A DNA stretch of 41,282 nt from the NCBI GenBank assembly GCA_017457385.1, contig JAFTHO010000045.1:1-41282 (forward strand), written 5' to 3'. Of the stretch, positions 37,831-41,282 are shown one piece after another. Every line of letters begins with the position of its first letter. Position 1 is the first letter of the stretch. The notes beneath the pieces were generated by a model that saw only the letters and a program-made list of their open reading frames with translations, did no database searches and was not told the origin of the DNA. The position numbers were made by a program, and so were the translations under genes. The DNA comes from Clostridia bacterium. GTDB lineage: Bacteria > Bacillota > Clostridia > Christensenellales > CAG-314.

Positions 37831-38014
37831 CACTACTTTAAATAGATTGCAAAAAACATCGACTCTCACCTGGTGTTTTTTGCAATACAACGGATAATTG
37901 CTCATTATACAAGTTTCCCCAAAAAATCCACACACATATTGAAGTCCAAAAAACACAAAATACGTTGCATATCCGTTGTATCATCAAATCTCCCACCGCA
38001 GGGAGATTTTTTTT
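37808..38014 (+). ncRNA. Candidate HrcA-regulated structured small RNA
   Basis: Promoter and CIRCE, then stems 37846-37860/37872-37886 and 37885-37896/37970-37981, then terminator 37986-38014. No credible ORF. Confidence 0.55.
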
Positions 38015-38116
38015 GTTTTGTTGACTTTGCAAAATAATATCAAAAAACACTTTAAAAAATCTCTCGTATGTGATAAAATTTTGTCATCAAAATTTAATGA
38101 AAGGGGAAAGGTTTTT

Positions 38117-38665
38117 ATGAAAAAATTTTTCAGCGACTTTAAAAAGTTTATTGCCCGTGGCAATATTCTTGACATGGCAGTCGGCGTTGTTGTCGGTGGT
38201 GCGTTCAGCAAAATCGTAACAAGCCTTGTTAACGACATCATCATGCCACTTGTAAGCCTTGCAATGGGTGGCGCAAGTGTTGCAGACTGGAAATGGGTCA
38301 TCAAAGAGGCAACTTATGATGCAAACGGCATTTTGCTCACGGCAGAAACTGCACTCAAATATGGCAACTTTATCCAGCTCATCATCGACTTTTTGATTGT
38401 AGCGTTTTGCATTTTTATCGTTTTGCGCTTTATGATGAAAGCACAAAACATGCGCAGAGAGTGGACGCTTTCAAAGGCAGAAATCAAAGCACTCCGCAAA
38501 CAAGGCAAATCTTTTAAAGAGATTGAGGCTATCGACGACGCAAAGAAAGCAGAAATCAAAGCGGCAGAAGAAGCAGCAAAGGCAGCACAACCAAAACCAG
38601 AAACAGTTGAGTCTTTGTTGAAGGACATCAAAGTGTTGTTGGCAGAAGACAAGAAAAAAGAATAG
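38117..38665 (+). CDS. mscL: Large-conductance mechanosensitive channel
   Basis: FKKFIARGNILDMAVGVVVGGAF..IV.SLV.DIIMP, YGNFIQ and LL.DI..LL. Confidence 0.95.
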   Translation: MKKFFSDFKKFIARGNILDMAVGVVVGGAFSKIVTSLVNDIIMPLVSLAMGGASVADWKWVIKEATYDANGILLTAETALKYGNFIQLIIDFLIVAFCIFIVLRFMMKAQNMRREWTLSKAEIKALRKQGKSFKEIEAIDDAKKAEIKAAEEAAKAAQPKPETVESLLKDIKVLLAEDKKKE

Positions 38666-38679
38666 TTTTAAACAAAATT

Positions 38680-38706
38680 AAAGCACGGCAAAAGCCGTGC
38701 TTTTTT
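38680..38706 (+). terminator. Terminator hairpin, copy 3 of the identical 27-bp repeat
   Basis: AAAGCACGGCAAAAGCCGTGCTTTTTT. Confidence 0.85.
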
Positions 38707-38708
38707 TG

Positions 38709-39083
38709 TTATACAACAGAGTCAAAACCAACGTTCAGCCGTGCAACGTTGTGATAGTCAGGCGAGTGCACAAAAGATGCAGATACCGGTCTGTCAAAGG
38801 CAAAGTTGTTTGCAAAAAACCTTGTGTGTCTGCAACAATTTGCAAAAACGTTGTTGTTTTGCCACGTGCCTGCATTTTGACCACCATATTGTGCGTTGTA
38901 TGGCACAAAACCATTGCCAAAAGCCGTCTGGTTGTTTGCAAAACCGCAGTTATATGGCATTTGCCAGTTTGCATATCCGTTTGCACCAAAAGGTGCGTGG
39001 CATTGTCTGTTGTTGCAACCAATGCTTATTGTCAGGCAACAGTTGTCGTTTTGTGCGCAACGCCTGTTTAAAAAGCAACACAT
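38709..39083 (-). CDS. Small Cys/Asn/Gly-rich protein, possibly a spore coat protein
   Basis: Perfect AAGGAGGT SD before ATG 39083. Sequence starts MCCFLNRRCAQNDNCC and is low complexity. Confidence 0.65.
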   Translation of the reverse strand: MCCFLNRRCAQNDNCCLTISIGCNNRQCHAPFGANGYANWQMPYNCGFANNQTAFGNGFVPYNAQYGGQNAGTWQNNNVFANCCRHTRFFANNFAFDRPVSASFVHSPDYHNVARLNVGFDSVV

Positions 39084-39254
39084 ATCAAAAACCTCCTTTT
39101 TTGGTATGTAAAAACAAACGTCACTGTTGTATATTATGTCAAAACGCACATTTTTGTTTCACGATGGCAATATTTTGTTTCATAATGCTTATATATTGAT
39201 TTTTTTATATTATATGTTAAAATAAATAATATAAAAGACAAGTTGGAGGAAAAA

Positions 39255-40880
39255 ATGAAAAACCAATTAAACAAAATAAAAACAGTTTTGGTTGTTGTTT
39301 TGTGCCTTGCACTGACGTTGCTTGTTGCTGCATGCTCGACAACACAATATCAACTGTCTTATACAGCCGGCACAGGTGGAACAATAACGGGTGAAGTGAC
39401 ACAAACTGTCGACGAAGGAAAAGACGGCAGTGCAGTTACTGCCGTTGCCAACAGTGGCTATGTGTTTGTAAAGTGGAGTGATGGTCTCACAACAGAAACC
39501 CGCACTGACAAAAACGTGCAAAAAGACATTTCTGTTACAGCCGAATTCACGGTTGACACACAAGGCAGTGGTTCTGGTTCTGGTGGGGGCACAGGTGATT
39601 CTTCTGGTGACAATACAACAGAAGTTCCTGCTTCTTCGTTTGAATACGTTTGTTCACCAAGTGACGTTACAATAACAAAATATATTGGCAACCAAGCAGA
39701 GGTTGAAATTCCTGCAAAAATAGACGGCAAAACTGTTGTCGCCATTGGCAACAATGCATTTGCTATGAATATGGATGTTACAAGCATTTCTATTCCTGAC
39801 AGTATCAAAACCATTGGTGACTATGCTTTTTATGACTGCTTTGCACTAAAAAACGTTTATATAACAAATCTTTCTGCCTGGCTTGACATTTCGTTTGCAA
39901 GTGGTTTTTCAAACCCAATGCACAACGGCGCTGATTTGTATCTTGACAATAAAAAAGTGACAAGCATCAGTTTTCCTGACGACGTAACAAGTGTTGGCGA
40001 TTGTGTTTTTACTGGTTGCACAAGCCTGACAAGTCTTTCATTGCCAGACAAGGTGACAAGCATTGGTTTTAATGCCTTTTCAAGCTGTAAAAATCTTGCT
40101 GAGGTTTCGCTTTCAAACAGCATGACAACAATTGGAGATACAGCATTTTTTAATTGCTCAAGTCTGCAAAGCATTGCAATACCAAGTGGAATAAAAACAA
40201 TTGACAGAAATGCTTTCGCAAATTGCACAAGTCTGTCAAGCGTGACTTTTGGTGCAGACAGCCAACTTTTGAGCCTTGGCGAATATGCTTTTGCCGACTG
40301 CACAAGCCTGCAATCAATTTCGTTGCCAAACAGCCTGTCAACAATGGATACACACGTGTTTGCAAACTGCACAGGTTTGGCAAGCATTGCAATTCCAGCA
40401 GGTATTACGACAATTGCACCATCAACTTTTTATGAATGTACAGGTCTTGAGAGTGTTTCAATACATGCCGGTGTGACTGCAATTGGCAATAATGCTTTTC
40501 ATGGTTGCCAAAACCTTTCAAACGTAACGTTTGCCCCAAACAGTCAGCTTGACAGCATAGGTAATTATGCATTTTATCTGACAGGTATAACAAGCTTTTC
40601 TGTTCCTTCAGGTGTGACATCTATCGGTGACCATGCGTTTTTCTTTTGTGGCGATATTGAAAAAATCACTATTCCTGCCAGTGTGACTTTTGTTGGTGAC
40701 AGTGCGTTTTATATGTGCGAAAAACTGACAATATATTGCGAGGCAACAAGTTTGCCTGACGGCTGGCATGTCAATTGGGATCATGGCGAGGGTTTTTGGT
40801 TTAGCCAAAATCAACCGACAACAGATGGTAACTGGTGGCACTACGTTGATGGTGTGCCAACAATCTGGCCAAAAGAATAA
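39255..40880 (+). CDS. BspA-type LRR lipoprotein with N-terminal InlB-B-like repeat
   Basis: Lipobox VAA-C, 'AVTAVANSGYVFVKWSDG' domain and many 'IG..AF..C..L.S' repeats. Confidence 0.9.
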   Translation: MKNQLNKIKTVLVVVLCLALTLLVAACSTTQYQLSYTAGTGGTITGEVTQTVDEGKDGSAVTAVANSGYVFVKWSDGLTTETRTDKNVQKDISVTAEFTVDTQGSGSGSGGGTGDSSGDNTTEVPASSFEYVCSPSDVTITKYIGNQAEVEIPAKIDGKTVVAIGNNAFAMNMDVTSISIPDSIKTIGDYAFYDCFALKNVYITNLSAWLDISFASGFSNPMHNGADLYLDNKKVTSISFPDDVTSVGDCVFTGCTSLTSLSLPDKVTSIGFNAFSSCKNLAEVSLSNSMTTIGDTAFFNCSSLQSIAIPSGIKTIDRNAFANCTSLSSVTFGADSQLLSLGEYAFADCTSLQSISLPNSLSTMDTHVFANCTGLASIAIPAGITTIAPSTFYECTGLESVSIHAGVTAIGNNAFHGCQNLSNVTFAPNSQLDSIGNYAFYLTGITSFSVPSGVTSIGDHAFFFCGDIEKITIPASVTFVGDSAFYMCEKLTIYCEATSLPDGWHVNWDHGEGFWFSQNQPTTDGNWWHYVDGVPTIWPKE

Positions 40881-40894
40881 TTAAAAACAAAAAC

Positions 40895-40922
40895 AAAAGG
40901 ACGAGGTTTTCTCGTCCTTTTT
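40895..40922. terminator. Bidirectional terminator
   Basis: AAAAGGACGAG-gtttt-CTCGTCCTTTTT between convergent genes. Confidence 0.8.
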
Positions 40923-40927
40923 ATTTG

Positions 40928-41282
40928 TTATCTTATTGTTTTTATTGCCTCAAGTGCCTGATCAATTTCGTCCTCTGTGTTGGTGTATCCAAAACTAAAC
41001 CTCACAACACCTTGTGGATAAGTGCCAATTGTTTTGTGAGCGAGAGGAGAGCAATGCAGACCGCTTCGCGTCATAATGCCAAACTCGTCGTCAAGACGAT
41101 ATGAGGCCTCGCCGTGGTCAACCAAAGTAAAGTCAAGTGCAGTCACGGCACAACGGTTTTTGGCTTTGTTTGCAACCTGTTTTACGTTGTCAAAGTTTTT
41201 GAGACCATCTTCAAACCTTTTTTGCAAGGCTTTTTCTTTTTCAAAAATTTTGTCAATGCCAATTTTGTTTATGTATTGCAAA
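40928..41282 (-). CDS. Class-V aminotransferase/cysteine desulfurase family, C-terminal part (5'-partial)
   Basis: RSGLHCSPLAH and GVVRFSFG..NT.DEID motifs. Confidence 0.85.
   Translation of the reverse strand, partial: LQYINKIGIDKIFEKEKALQKRFEDGLKNFDNVKQVANKAKNRCAVTALDFTLVDHGEASYRLDDEFGIMTRSGLHCSPLAHKTIGTYPQGVVRFSFGYTNTEDEIDQALEAIKTIR

Noticed and set aside
37976-38116. 47-aa N-terminal extension of MscL
   Set aside because: It crosses a terminator. MscL homology and the AAGGGG SD point to ATG 38117.
1-41282. Many antisense and alternate-frame ORFs in the ORF track, and frequent TTGCAA/GCAAAA words
   Set aside because: The ORFs shadow well-supported genes and lack motifs. The word bias is plausibly explained by codon usage (GCA, AAA, TTT, CTT) and could not be tested without computation.

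Overview
AT-rich chromosomal window from a spore-former-lineage Clostridia-like bacterium (spo0A, spmAB, HrcA-type CIRCE, cobalamin riboswitch). Most genes are housekeeping, envelope or transport genes: radC, gltX, ychF, metG-tatD-rSAM-rsmA, glmU-like-glmM-glmS-galU, mscL, two BspA-type LRR lipoproteins and an orphan phage-tail-fibre-like protein. The most unusual signal is a candidate small mobile or invertible system. Two ~62%-identical DUF559 (Vsr-like) endonuclease genes (2312-2668, 18355-18717) are each tightly bracketed by their own long GC-rich, hairpin-forming inverted repeats and each looks leaderless. Each also lies next to ~1.5 tandem copies of a shared ~150-160 bp non-coding unit with a covarying stem. 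Gene-less copies of the same arm family occur at ~14.1 kb and ~28.0 kb. Other notable items: a CIRCE-controlled, structured, apparently non-coding ~200-nt transcript; three TTGTACAA palindromes exactly 62 bp apart upstream of spo0A; an unannotated 47-aa four-CxxC microprotein; an in-frame TGA at codon 5 of spmA; and a GlmU lacking its uridylyltransferase domain. All family assignments come from motif recognition by eye; no database searches were run.
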